From contig NC_069006.1 in NCBI RefSeq assembly GCF_001194135.2, forward strand, positions 7,945,836 through 8,009,835: a stretch of 64,000 nt of DNA, written 5' to 3'. Made by a program: the position numbers and the translations under genes. Positions 12,560 through 24,060 of this stretch are shown here, piece by piece; position 1 is the stretch's first letter; each line of letters opens with the position of its first letter. This stretch comes from Octopus bimaculoides. Its lineage: Eukaryota. Under the pieces are notes generated by a model that was not told the origin of the DNA, made no database searches, and saw nothing but the letters and a program-made list of their open reading frames with translations.

Positions 12560-13260
12560 TGATTTGGTTTATTAAAATTTTTTTTTACTGATTTTACACT
12601 TTTATTGAATCACCTATCTTGGTTTAGATGTAACAAATAAAAAAAAAAGGATACTGGCATGAAGCTTAATAGTAAAACAACAAAAAAGAATGTGTATGTG
12701 TGAGAGAGAGATGGAGAGACAAAGAAAGAGAGTAATGGAAGGTGAGAGAGAGGGAAAGAAAGAAAGAGCAAGGAAGAATGGAGGTGAAAAACAAACAGAA
12801 AGAGAGAGAGAGAAAAACAGACAGAAAGAGGGAAGTGGAGAGAGAGAGAGAGAGACAGAGCGAAGAACAAAGAGATATCAATAAAATTGTGAGACAATGC
12901 TTTTAGTTGACGATATATCTGGGTGAGAAAGAATGTGTATGTGTGTGTGGAATATGTAAGTGTGGGAAGATGGGACTACAAAGTGTGTGTGTGTGTGCGT
13001 GAATGAATAAATGTGGGTTGGACGTGTGTAAGTGTGATTGAGAGAGAATGAAATTATGTGTGTAAATAATCTGTCATGTATGTGTGTGTGTGTGTACTTG
13101 AATCTTAAACATTGTGTGTGTGTGTGTGTGTGTGGTGTGCAAATATGCAATGGGTGTTTGTTGGAAAGTGGGGGTGGGTGCAGGAAGAATAAGAAGACGT
13201 CCATGGGGGGCAGGAAGAACTCAAATGAAGAAAGAGAGAGAGAGAGAGTCATTTCAAGAG
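12560..13260 (-). other. Probable 3' UTR of the HIRIP3-like gene, rich in (CA)n/(CT)n
   Basis: Follows the candidate stop and ends near two minus-strand AATAAA hexamers. Confidence 0.35.
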
Positions 13261-13307
13261 TCAAGTAGAATCTTTTCCTACAATATCACAGGGATTGTTT
13301 ATGGCAT
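13261..13307 (-). CDS. HIRIP3: HIRIP3-like candidate last coding exon (DAINNPCDIVGKDST*)
   Basis: Strong acceptor tttcgtttgtctttttcag|, phase 1, TGA at 13263-13261; AATAAA on the minus strand at 12606-12601 and 12572-12567; no recognisable homology and competing candidates exist. Confidence 0.45.
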
Positions 13308-13499
13308 CTGAAAAAGACAAACGAAACTCAGGTCACAGACTTGAAAAAAGGAAAATTATTTTTAAAAATACCACAATCAATAATAATAATAATAATAAAT
13401 AATAACAAATATTAATAAATAAATAATAGCAAATATTAAATAATAATTAATATCAAATATTAATAAATGATAATAGTAATAAATAATAACAAATAATAA

Positions 13500-13950
13500 T
13501 AATAAAGAAAAGAAATACTGCTAGATGGCCAGATATCGTGATCATCCACAAAGATGAAAAAGAAGCAAAGATAACAGCTGTTTGCAATACCAGGCGATTC
13601 GAGGGTGAAATGTAAGGAAACCGAAAAGAATGAGAAATACCAGCCACTGCGGGACGAGATAGGAAAGTTATAGGGCATGAGGAAAGTAATGGTGATACCA
13701 GTGGTAATTGGGACATTGGGAGCAGTTTCCAAGAGCTTTGAACAACATATTAAAAATATTGGAGCTGCTGTCAGGCTCGAAGTGATCCAGAAGACAGCAC
13801 TGTTGGCTACAGCTCGCATTCTAAGGAGAGTATTGCCTCTTTGAGTCACAGAAGAAGGCATTACTTGAAACCTTTGGTGATTTGTTGTTGTCTGCTTTCA
13901 AGTAAAGAATACCAGTAATTAAGAACTATGTGAGAGTATTATTATTGTTA
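13500..13950 (+). mobile_element. R4/Dong-clade LINE 3' fragment, frameshifted RLE domain
   Basis: RWPDIVII..AIPGDSRV..EKNEKYQPLRDEI..IPVVIGTLGAV..IQKTALLATARILRRVL*; preceded by degenerate (TAA)n. Confidence 0.75.
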
Positions 13951-14567
13951 TTGTTATACTCTTTAACGTGTTTCAGTCATTTGACTGTGGCCATGCTGGA
14001 GCACTGCCTTTAATTGAGCAAATCAACCCCAGGACTTATTCTTTGTAAGCCTAGTACTTATTCTATCGGTTTCTTTTTGCCGAACCGCTAAGTTACGGGG
14101 ACGTAAACACACCAGCATCGGTTGTCAAGCAATGTTGTGGGGAACAAACACAGACACACAAACATACACACACATGTATATATACATACATACAATGGGC
14201 TTCTTTCAGTTTCCGTCTACCAAATCCACTCACAAGGCTTTGGTCAGCCCGAGGCTATAGTAGAAGACACTTGCCCAAGATGCCACACAGTGGGACTGAA
14301 CCCGGAACCATGTAGTTGGTAAGCAAGCTACTTACCACACAAATCCATTCTACCATAGACACAAGGTCTGAAATATTGAGAGAGGGGACAAGTCGATTAT
14401 ATTAACCCCCAATGTTACACTGGTACTTATTTTATTGACCCTGAAAGGGTGAAAACCAAAGTTGACCTCGGTGTAATTTGACCTCAGAACGTAGCGACGG
14501 GCGAAATACCGCTAAGTATTTCACCCGGTGTGCTAACGATCGTGCCAGCTTACCATCTTTCACTGAA

Positions 14568-14599
<32 letters not shown>

Positions 14600-14835
14600 A
14601 TAATAATAATGGTTTCAAATTTTGCCACAAGGGCATCATTTTGGGGGAGAGAATGAGTCGATTACATCAACCCCAGTGTTTCACTGGTACTTAATTTATC
14701 GACCCCCAAAAGGATGAAAGGCAAAGTCGACCCTGGTGGAATTTGAACTCAGAACGTAGTGATGAGCGAAATACCGCTAAGCATTTCGCCCAGTGTGCTA
14801 ACGATTCTGCCAACTTATCACCTTAATAGAACTGC

Positions 14836-14950
14836 ATGCATAAAGTACTGTCAGTCTGAAGTCCCTTATTGGGACTTGACAAACAGTGTAAACCCCCAGT
14901 AGACCTATCTTTAATCAACAACCTCACGATATTGTATACTGTGCGATGTC

Positions 14951-14984
<34 letters not shown>

Positions 14985-14985
14985 G
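14836..14985 (+). mobile_element. R4/Dong LINE extreme 3' end with (TAA)n tail
   Basis: Similar to 52545-52680 (aagtactgt..gacttgacaaacagt..gatgtcta(taa)n). Confidence 0.6.
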
Positions 14986-16361
14986 TTTCTGGTTTAAGGC
15001 AACCAGTTGGTCAGTGGTTGGCTTTAGCAGAGTTTACTATTGTGAGACCCTTTGAGTCAGGCCTCTCATCAACCTCAAAAAAAGGCTCAAAAGAAATAAG
15101 GGCCCATATGGCCCGCGCTCCTCTTTCTCTCTTTGACTAAATGGTTAACTTAAACAAGAAAAAAAAAAGGCAGCAGAAAATGGACCCAGGTCATTCTCGA
15201 AGGACCCACTGGATATCATAGTAATCGGAGAAACGCATGATGCATGAAAATAAGAGGTGATGGTCACGGCTGGAACCACCTTGATCACAAGTCAGCTCCA
15301 TCANNNNNNNNNNNNNNNNNNNNNNNNNNNNNNNNNNNNNNNNNNNNNNNNNNNNNNNNNNNNNNNNNNNNNNNNNNNNNNNNNNNNNNNNNNNNNCCCA
15401 CACACACACACGTGCAATATGTATAGTTACCTTTGGCTCCTTTTATTTAGTTTTGTTTGGTCTATGTTTCCGTATCGCTTCCAGACCCTTCACTGTCCAC
15501 AATTCCTTTCAGGTTATGGAAGCTTTCGGGCTTAGATTTTACTATTTTAGCAGGAGAATTTTCCACAGAGAAAAACCCTTTTCGTTTCCGACGGGATCGA
15601 CCTGCAACATCAACAAAAGCAATAATGCAAGGTTAAACATACATATAAAAAGGGTGAAGGGTAAAGAGCCCCTTCGGTCATGAATGACCATGGGATTGCA
15701 CCTAGAAAGTTACCTTCCAAGGCACAAGTCTGGGCAAGGCTGTTTATGGAAGACCAGCAGTTGCCCATCTCCATGCCAGCCTCCCCTCTCCGCGCCATTG
15801 ATGTTATCCAAGGGAATGGAAAAGGGGCCAATACAGCTTGGCACCAGTAATGTCGCAGCTCATTTCTACAGCTGAATGGACTGGAGTAACGTGAAATAGT
15901 GTCTTGCTCAAGAACACAACACGCAGCCTGGTCTGGGGATTGAACTCCCTACCTCATGTTTGTGAGCCCAACACACTAACCACTGAGCCATGTGCCTTCG
16001 CACAAACAAATATACATATATATATATATACATACACTTACACACACATATATACATACACATACAAACAAACACATATATACAGGTAATTGAAGGTTAG
16101 CCCTTGAACAGAGGAGGGAGAAGATGAATAATCCCCTCGTTTTTTTTTGTTTTTTTTTTTTTCTGAGAGAGGGGGATCACATCTATTCATTGATGAAGAG
16201 CAGCTTAGTAGTTCAACAGTTTCTGATAAAGGACAGTTTGTGATGAGGACCTAGTCAGTAGCCCCATAACGTGTGGCAGTGGGCTGTAGCTTAGCAGCCC
16301 AACATCGTTTGCTCTGTTCCTGATGTAAAATGATTCTAAAGCAGTTGTTGCCAGGACTTAC

Positions 16362-16451
16362 CTGAATCACAAGATATAATATTGTCCTTGTTTAGCTGTT
16401 TAGCTTCACGCAACAAACGTATTCTTTCCGCAGCCTTCAATGTTGGACGGC
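16362..16451 (-). CDS. HIRIP3: HIRIP3-like exon 6, CHZ-domain region (GRPTLKAAERIRLLREAKQLNKDNIISCDS)
   Basis: Acceptor gtgtttcag|GC, donor TCA G|gtaagt; 90 bp, phase 1-1; matches the G.PTL..C..L..REE...LD..NII pattern of HIRIP3/Chz1. Confidence 0.88.
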
Positions 16452-17943
16452 CTGAAACACAATAAATCAACTAATTAATTCATCTGATAATTACAGCGCT
16501 TTATTTAATCAACTTAAGAATCCTCATTAAAAATGTACAATCTTGTGCAGGCCAAGAAATTATTATTGTTATTATTAATAAGGTGGTGAGCTGGCAGAAT
16601 CGTTAACATGCTGGGCAAAATGCTTAACAGTATCTCATCCATCCTTATATTCTGAGTTCAAATTCCACCAAGGCCAACTTTGCCCTTCATCCTTTCAGGG
16701 TCGATAAATTAAGCACCAGTGAAACACTGGGGTCGATGCAATCGACTATTCCCTCCCCTAAATTTCAGGCCTTGTGCCTTTAGTAGAAATTAAATATTAT
16801 TATATAGCAGGCAATTTTTATTTGTCTGGTGGCTGTAGCGAAAGAGACAGTATGGTGGACTCGTTTGAAAGGGCTAAAGTCAGACACTTTCCTTCTTTGG
16901 CTAAACCCTAATCAACTTTTTCAAGTTCTACTTGAAAAGGAAGTTGAGGGTGGAAAGGCAAGTGTTGCCTTGTAGCAAGTTTGTTGAAAGGTGGGCGAAT
17001 GTTGGAAGAGTGGCCAGTGTAAAAGGACCAATTCTGAGCATACACTTGTGAAAGATAAAAGAAGGGCTCTTGCCCTGCTGATCAAGCACCCATGGCTTTT
17101 GTGGGTTTTTCCACGAGGACCTTTAAAGGGCTTCCCCTACTGGGATTTTACATTGTTTAATTTCTATTGTTTACATGAGGAAAACCCATTGTATCGTACT
17201 ATGTTGTCGCATGTGCCTTTATGTTGGTTTATATTAGCCCTTGTGGCCAATAAAAGAATTTATTATTATTATTATTATTAATAGGTATTCAGCAACATTT
17301 TGTCCATCTTTACGTTCTGAGTTCGACTCTGCCTTTCATCCTTTCAGGGTCAATAGATTGAGTACTAGAATTGATTCAATGAACTTATCCCCCATTGCCC
17401 CGAAATTGTTGGCCTTGTGGTGCCAAAACATGAAACCGTTATTAACAGACAGGTGGGCAACTGGAAGAACAGTCAGCATGCTGGGGGAAAAATTGCTTGG
17501 CAGTATTTTGTTTGTGTTTATGTTCTGAATCCAAAAGCCACCAAAGTGGACTTTACCTTTCATCCTTTCAGGGTGGATGAAGTACTGGGATTGAAGTAAG
17601 CAACTAGTCCTCTCCCACAAAATTTAAAACCTTCTGCCTACAACAGAAAGGATTATTATTATTATTATTAACCCTTTCGTTACAATATTTCTAAGTACCG
17701 ATAGAATAAGTTCCAAGCTTTAAAAAAGTCCTTTCAAAAAATAAGCCCTGGGTGTCTTTTAAGAAAATAAGTCCTGATTAAAACCCTTCAGGGCAGTGCC
17801 CCAGCATGGCCACAGTCAAATGATCGAAACAAGTAAAAGAAAAAAGGCAAGTAAAAAGAATTGTAAGGAGAGAGAGAGGGAGGGAGAGAAAGAAGAAAGA
17901 TAAGGAAAGAAAATGGTGCATCATCCACTTGGAACCAACTTAC

Positions 17944-18124
17944 CTGTCATACCAGCATCTCTTAATATTTCTCTCAAGCGTTTACATTTCTGTTTGTTTG
18001 TCTTCAAATCTTGGAATTCTTTCTTATAATTGACAAAGAGTTCTGCAGCTCGGCAGATTCTTCGAAACAGTTTCACCTGAGAGCTTTCTTCAACAGAATC
18101 GGTCGTCACTTTAGCACTGACCTT
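17944..18124 (-). CDS. HIRIP3: HIRIP3-like exon 5 (KVSAKVTTDSVEESSQVKLFRRICRAAELFVNYKKEFQDLKTNKQKCKRLREILRDAGMT)
   Basis: Acceptor ctttttccgaaacag|, donor ACA G|gtaagt; 181 bp, phase 0-1; resembles recalled HIRIP3 C-terminal block RLKRYIRACG..NYKKL...ELEALGMKG. Confidence 0.88.
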
Positions 18125-18409
18125 CTGTTTCGGAAAAAGCGAAAGTAAATGAATGAAACAAGGAAAGGTGGTGCCCCGGCATGGCCACAGTCCAATGGCG
18201 GAAACACAACAAAGAAAGAAGAAATAAAACAAAGAAATTAATATTAAAAAGTAAACTTTACAACTTCTCAGTCTGTCTTGTCATCCACACATGGAAGAAT
18301 AATACATTCATAAAAAATCTGCTTCAATGAATTCTGGCTGATCCAAGGAAAACTGGGGGAAAAGGGGGGGACGTTGAAACACTGATGAGCTGGATGAACG
18401 GACAGACAG

Positions 18410-18770
18410 ATAGGGAGGTCAGTACATAGATAAATAGGTAGTTAGACAGACATATATAGACAGACAAATATATAGACAGACAGATAGACAGATGGGTAGA
18501 TAGATAGACAGATAAATGGATAGACAGAGATAGATAGATAGACAGACAGATAGGTAGAGATAGATAGACAGACAGGTAGATAGACAGAGATAGATAGATA
18601 GACAGATAAATGGATAGACAGGTACGTAGATAGATAGACAGATAGGTGGACAGACAAATAGGTAGATATATATATAGAGAGAGAGACATGTAGATAGATA
18701 GACAGACAGACAGACAGGTAGATAGATACATACATACATAGAGACATATAGACACATACACAATTGTGCA
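18410..18770. repeat. (AGAT)n/(AGAC)n tetranucleotide tract in intron 4
   Basis: Direct inspection. Confidence 0.95.
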
Positions 18771-19049
18771 CATATTAAAAACAAGATTTGAAACAAACTA
18801 ATACATTGTAGATATGGTATATTTAGTAGAAGCTTTAGGTTTTAAAACTGTTCCTCTGAGCTTTGAGTTAGTGATATTGTGAAACATCTCAAGATTGGCA
18901 ACAAAAAAACTTGCACTAAGAATTTGTGAAGCTTCAGCTTCCAGAAGAGTGTGTGTGGGGTGTATAATATACTTGTGTGTGTGTAATATGTTTGTGTATG
19001 TTTTGTGTGGGGGAAGGGTAGATGGTGGCTGAATAAACCTGACACTCAC

Positions 19050-19205
19050 CTTTGTACTGGTGTTTTTCTTGGTGCATGACATATTTGATGATGATGACAG
19101 TGATGACGACAACGATGAAGTGTCCGAGTCTGTGTCCTCTTCCTCTTGCCCATTACATCCATTCTTGGAATCACCTTCGTCACTGTCCTTTACTTCAGCT
19201 GATGC
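19050..19205 (-). CDS. HIRIP3: HIRIP3-like exon 4 (ASAEVKDSDEGDS..SSSSNMSCTKKNTSTK)
   Basis: Donor AAG|gtgagt; acceptor tatacaaaag| is weak (exact 5' edge uncertain); 156 bp, phase 0-0; acidic Ser-rich like exon 3. Confidence 0.7.
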
Positions 19206-19211
19206 CTTTTG

Positions 19212-19243
<32 letters not shown>

Positions 19244-21443
19244 TATACATACACATACCAGGTGAGTTTGTTTTAGTTTCGTGTTTTTTGATTTTTTTTT
19301 TGTTATCGATGGTGGTCATGAGATGGAGAGGATTAAAAGACAGCAAAATACATTTGTAGTTATTCTCCACAAAAGAAAACGGTTTGCAAAACAGAGGAAT
19401 TACTCCAGTTTCATGATAAAGGCAAAAAAAAAAAAAAAAACCTGCAGACTTCCTCACAGAAAAATGGATTGAAATACGTTAACTTCTCCACCAAAATGGC
19501 AGACAAAAAATATTACATAAACAATAATAAAAGAAAATGCTTGTGAAATGAATATCAAAAGGCATCCCAACCATGGCTATCCCCTCTTTATGTTCTACAG
19601 GCAATGCAACTAAAACTACAGTGTGTTATGTGGCGTTCTTTAAGATGGTAAGATATGGTTTAACAGTTTAGCATTTAAACTAGTTGTATCCAGGGTGCAA
19701 ATATTCTGCTTGTCTTATATTCAAACTGGTCAGATCTGGCCTTTCACACCTATCCTACAATGTCGTTTCTAATAAATAAACAATCACATCATTGAAATTT
19801 CAAAGCTATGAGATAATCCAGAATTAATTTTAAATGATGTGAGGTGAATGCTAAAGCGTCAACGGCGATCTGGCTTCTCTTTGAAGCAGCTTCAGTGATC
19901 CCTACAGAGCAATGGTTTCCAACCATTTTTGACCTAGGGAACCCTTTGATGTCTATTTTATGCCAATGGACCCTCATCGCCATTCAATGTTTGAAAAATC
20001 CTATTTTATTTTTATAATTAAATATTATCATTATTGTCATTGTTTGATGTCCGCTTTCCATGCTGGCATGGGTTGGATGGTTTGACTGAGGACTGGCAAG
20101 CCGGGAGTTTGCACCAGGCTCCAATCTGATCTGGTAAGGTTTCTACAGCTGGATGCCTTTCCTAACGCCAACAATTCCAAGAGTGTAGTGGATGCTTTAT
20201 ATGCGCCACCGGCATGGGGGCCAGCCAGGTGGCACTGGCATCAACCACGCTTAAATGGTGCTTTTCACATGCCACCAGCACTGACATCAGCCATCCTTGA
20301 ATGGTGCTTATTTTATAATTATTTATTAAAGATTGTATAAAAAAAATTTTACTGCACACAATTTTTAACAACAAAATCTTATATGGGCCCTGATCGAGAA
20401 CCTCTACTATGGAAGATCTCTCACTGGTTTCAGGAAGATTTTGGTATTCACAGGGTAACATTCAGGCCTCAAACTATTGAAGGCCATGTCTGAGCAGAGC
20501 TGTGGAGTCTGTACATGATACCTTTGACTCTAAATTTAAGCAGAGCAATGGAGTCAACACACAATATCTATGATTCTAACTATGACTCTGGTTCATTGGT
20601 TTATGCTACAAGTAACCCTGACTCTTATGTCTGTAATTAGACTAATCACAAATCTCTTTCATTGATCAAAAGTATAGAACCATAAACAGCCAAACTGGAA
20701 TCATCATCAGGCTACACTTTAGCATCTTAAATTAAAATTTGGGTTTAACCCTTTTGGCACCATATTTCAGTTGGAAAACACAGTTTTGTTTCATTTAATT
20801 TTTATAATAATAAAGAATTTAATAAAGTAACTTTGTTGAGTCAAACGAAATTGTGGCCAATGCCAGTGCCACCTGATTGGTTCCTATGCCTGTAGCATGT
20901 AAAAAGCACCCACTACACTCTCAGAGTGGTTGGTGTTAGGAAGGGCATCCAGCTGTAGAAACCTTACCAGATCAGATTGGAGCCTGGTGCAGCCTCCTGG
21001 CTTGCCAGTCCTCAGTCAAACCGTCCAACCTATGCCAGCATGGAAAGTGGATATTAAATGATGATGATTATTAAGCTAGTATTTGATATAAATTAAAATG
21101 GAATTTTGGTGTCAGGCTTAAATTTGGATCACTTAAACCCTTAATTTTGAAAATAGTGAAAAATTCAGTCAAAATAACTTTGTCATTATTAATCTGGGTG
21201 TTTGGGACATAAATAAACATGAAATTTTGATGGAAGGTTTTAATTTAGATCACTTTAACCCTTTTGTTACCATATTTCTGTTGAAATACACTTTGTTTAA
21301 ATTAATTATGAAAACAAGAAAGAATTTAGTAAAATTATTTTTTGTTATCATTAATCTGGTGTTTGGAACACAAGATGAAGTTTTTAAGGAAATAGGAGAG
21401 TATTGTAGTTTGCTTGAAGCATTGTGTATTGTTTGTAAAGAAT

Positions 21444-21640
21444 AAAAAGTTTAGGAAGGTATAACAATGCACTATATACCAGTTGTAACTTGGTAAACTA
21501 TAGCAGAGACTCCAGCAAATAAGATCTGGAGAAGGAATTCTAATTCCGAAATATCATCGGACTACAGTTTACCAAGTTACAACAGGTATATAGTCCATTT
21601 TTTGTTCTATAGTGCATTGTTATACCTTCCTAAACTTTTT
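21444..21640. mobile_element. Hairpin MITE with nested inverted repeats
   Basis: aagtttaggaaggtataacaatgcactata / tatagtgcattgttataccttcctaaactt; inner gttgtaacttggtaaact / agtttaccaagttacaac. Confidence 0.75.
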
Positions 21641-22047
21641 TTTTTTTTAAGGAAAGTTTAAATTTAGAACGCTTTAAAACCAGGAATTTGTATCACAGAA
21701 CCAGGGTCAGTGTCAGGTAGGTTGATATTGAAAGGATTAAATGCTCCAGCTAGGCTGTTGAGGCCTTTTTGATATCAATTATTAGAGAAGTTACAAATAA
21801 TTATGCACAACACAATGCTTGGAAAAAAAAATTCTTTTTACAAAAAAAAAGTGACCGTTTTAATCAAAAAGATAGAAAAGAAATAGACTATAAAAATATC
21901 ATAAAAGAAAATAAGAAACACCATTGTCTACCATTTCAAAAATTTAAAATACATCAAAGAATTAAAAGATTAAACAGTTAAAGCTCTAAAAAAGAATAAG
22001 TAACTGTTTTGAGAGAAATAAATCACAATAAGATTAATAATCCTGTA

Positions 22048-22264
22048 CGAGGGGATGCTGAAAAGTTCCTGGCTTTAAGGGTATAATAAAAGGCCTGGTT
22101 GGTGGCCCAACCTTCCGGGTTCTTTTACAGGGCTTAGAAAAACTGAAGGACCACTGCAGTAACTGCGTGAATCTGGAAGAGGAACATGTTGAATAAAATC
22201 ATAATTAACCGATTCTCCTGTATTTTCTTTTACCCAAAGCCAGGAACTTTTCAGCACCCCCTCG
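22048..22264. mobile_element. mariner-derived MITE; other copies about 22322-22540, 42145-42358, 51225-51425
   Basis: TIR cgagggg.tgctgaaaagttcctggcttt / aaagccaggaacttttcagcacccc.tcg, TA at the left end. Confidence 0.85.
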
Positions 22265-22286
22265 TGTGTGTGTGTATATATGTGTA

Positions 22287-22318
<32 letters not shown>

Positions 22319-22753
22319 ACACAAGGGGGCACTGGAAAGTTCTTGGCTTTAAGGGTATCATAAAAGGCCTGGGTGGTGGCCCAACCATCCGGGTTCTTTT
22401 ACAGGGCTTAGAAAAACTGAAGGACTGCTACAATAGGGTGTGTGAATCTGAGAGGGGAATATGTTGAAAATAAAATCATAATTAACTAACCCTCCTGTGT
22501 TTTCCTTTACCCCAAATCAGGAACTTTTGGATCATCCCCCACCCTGTCTTGTAGAAGGGATGCGAATGACACAAAAGATTGCATTAAATGAAATTAGAAT
22601 GATTTTGATGTTGATGTATGTATATATATATATATATATATATACATACAAGAAATGAGGGCAGGGAATCGTCAATTAATAATAGAATTAATAATTAACA
22701 ATTTTGCCAAGTAGTTCAGTATGAAAAAACCTTTATCGGTAAGACCATTTATC

Positions 22754-23382
22754 ATCATAAATATAAGGGATTAGCAATTGAGTTGCTTCTCCAACATACT
22801 GAAAATTTAGAAATAGCAGTCAAAGAACTACTGATTCCAAACTACAAATTTTTCTCTAAAACGGATGGCGATATTTATGGCACACATTTGATATCTCTAA
22901 GTTAGATGGTTAAACCGTAATCCCTCCACACGGGACTTATTTTCATACGGGACTATTTGTGGCGCACATGGAATGGATTTCTTTGGGGTGGGGTGNNNNN
23001 NNNNNNNNNNNNNNNNNNNNNNNNNNNNNNNNNNNNNNNNNNNNNNNNNNNNNNNNNNNNNNNNNNNNNNNNNNNNNNNNNNNNNNNNNNNNNNNNNNNN
23101 NNNNNNNNNNNNNNNNNNNNNNNNNNNNNNNNNNNNNNNNNNNNNNNNNNNNNNNNNNNNNNNNNNNNNNNNNNNNNNNNNNNNNNNNNNNNTCGTACCC
23201 AATTAACTAAAGGCTTGTTTTGTTTGTGCTTTTCCCTCCGGTTTTTTGTTCTATGTGTGCCATAAATATCGCCATCCGTTTTAGAGAAAAATTTGTAGTT
23301 TGGAATCAGTAGTTCTTTGACTGCTATTTCTAAATTTTCAGTATGTTGGAGAAGCAACTCAATTGCTAATCCCTTATATTTA

Positions 23383-23386
<4 letters not shown>
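22754..23386. repeat. Perfect 134-bp inverted repeat (22754-22887 / 23253-23386) around a gap
   Basis: Arms compared base by base and are identical reverse complements. Confidence 0.85.
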
Positions 23387-23439
<53 letters not shown>

Positions 23440-24060
23440 TATATATATACACATACACAATGGGCTTCTTTAAGTTTCTATCTACCAAATCCACCCACAA
23501 GGGTTTGAACAGGCTAGGGCTATGGTAGAAAGTCACTTGCTTGCGGTGCCATGCAGTGAGACTGAACCCGAAACCATGTGGTTCAGAAGCAAACTTCTTA
23601 CCACACAGACATGTCCACACCCACGTTAGCTAAATGTGTGTCACCAGACCTCCTACTGCGAAAGGTGCGGTCTAGAATGGCAGTTTATTACAAGTGTCTC
23701 TCTCTCTCTCTCTAGGACTATGGAATGTGACAATAAACAAGGAGAGGTGGAACTAACAGAAATAGTCACATTTTCACTTGTTTTTATTCCAAGAAACACA
23801 CCCACAAACACTAACAAAATATATATATATATATATATGGAAATTTTAATTTCTTGGTTGGTTCTGCATGATCTCATCCACTTGAGTTTTCAATGCAAAA
23901 CAAACTTGACAGCATGTTTACACACCAAACGCATATATACACAGATACATATATACACACGCATACCTTATAAAACATTGTTTTGTGTTTATTCTAACTT
24001 GTAATGGTTTTTTATTATTTTTTTTATTAATTGACATTTTCTATACGTGACTGTTTAATC

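Noticed and set aside
13271-13284. 13-nt match (VGKD codons) between the candidate last exon and exon 2
   Set aside because: Matches of this length are expected by chance in 64 kb
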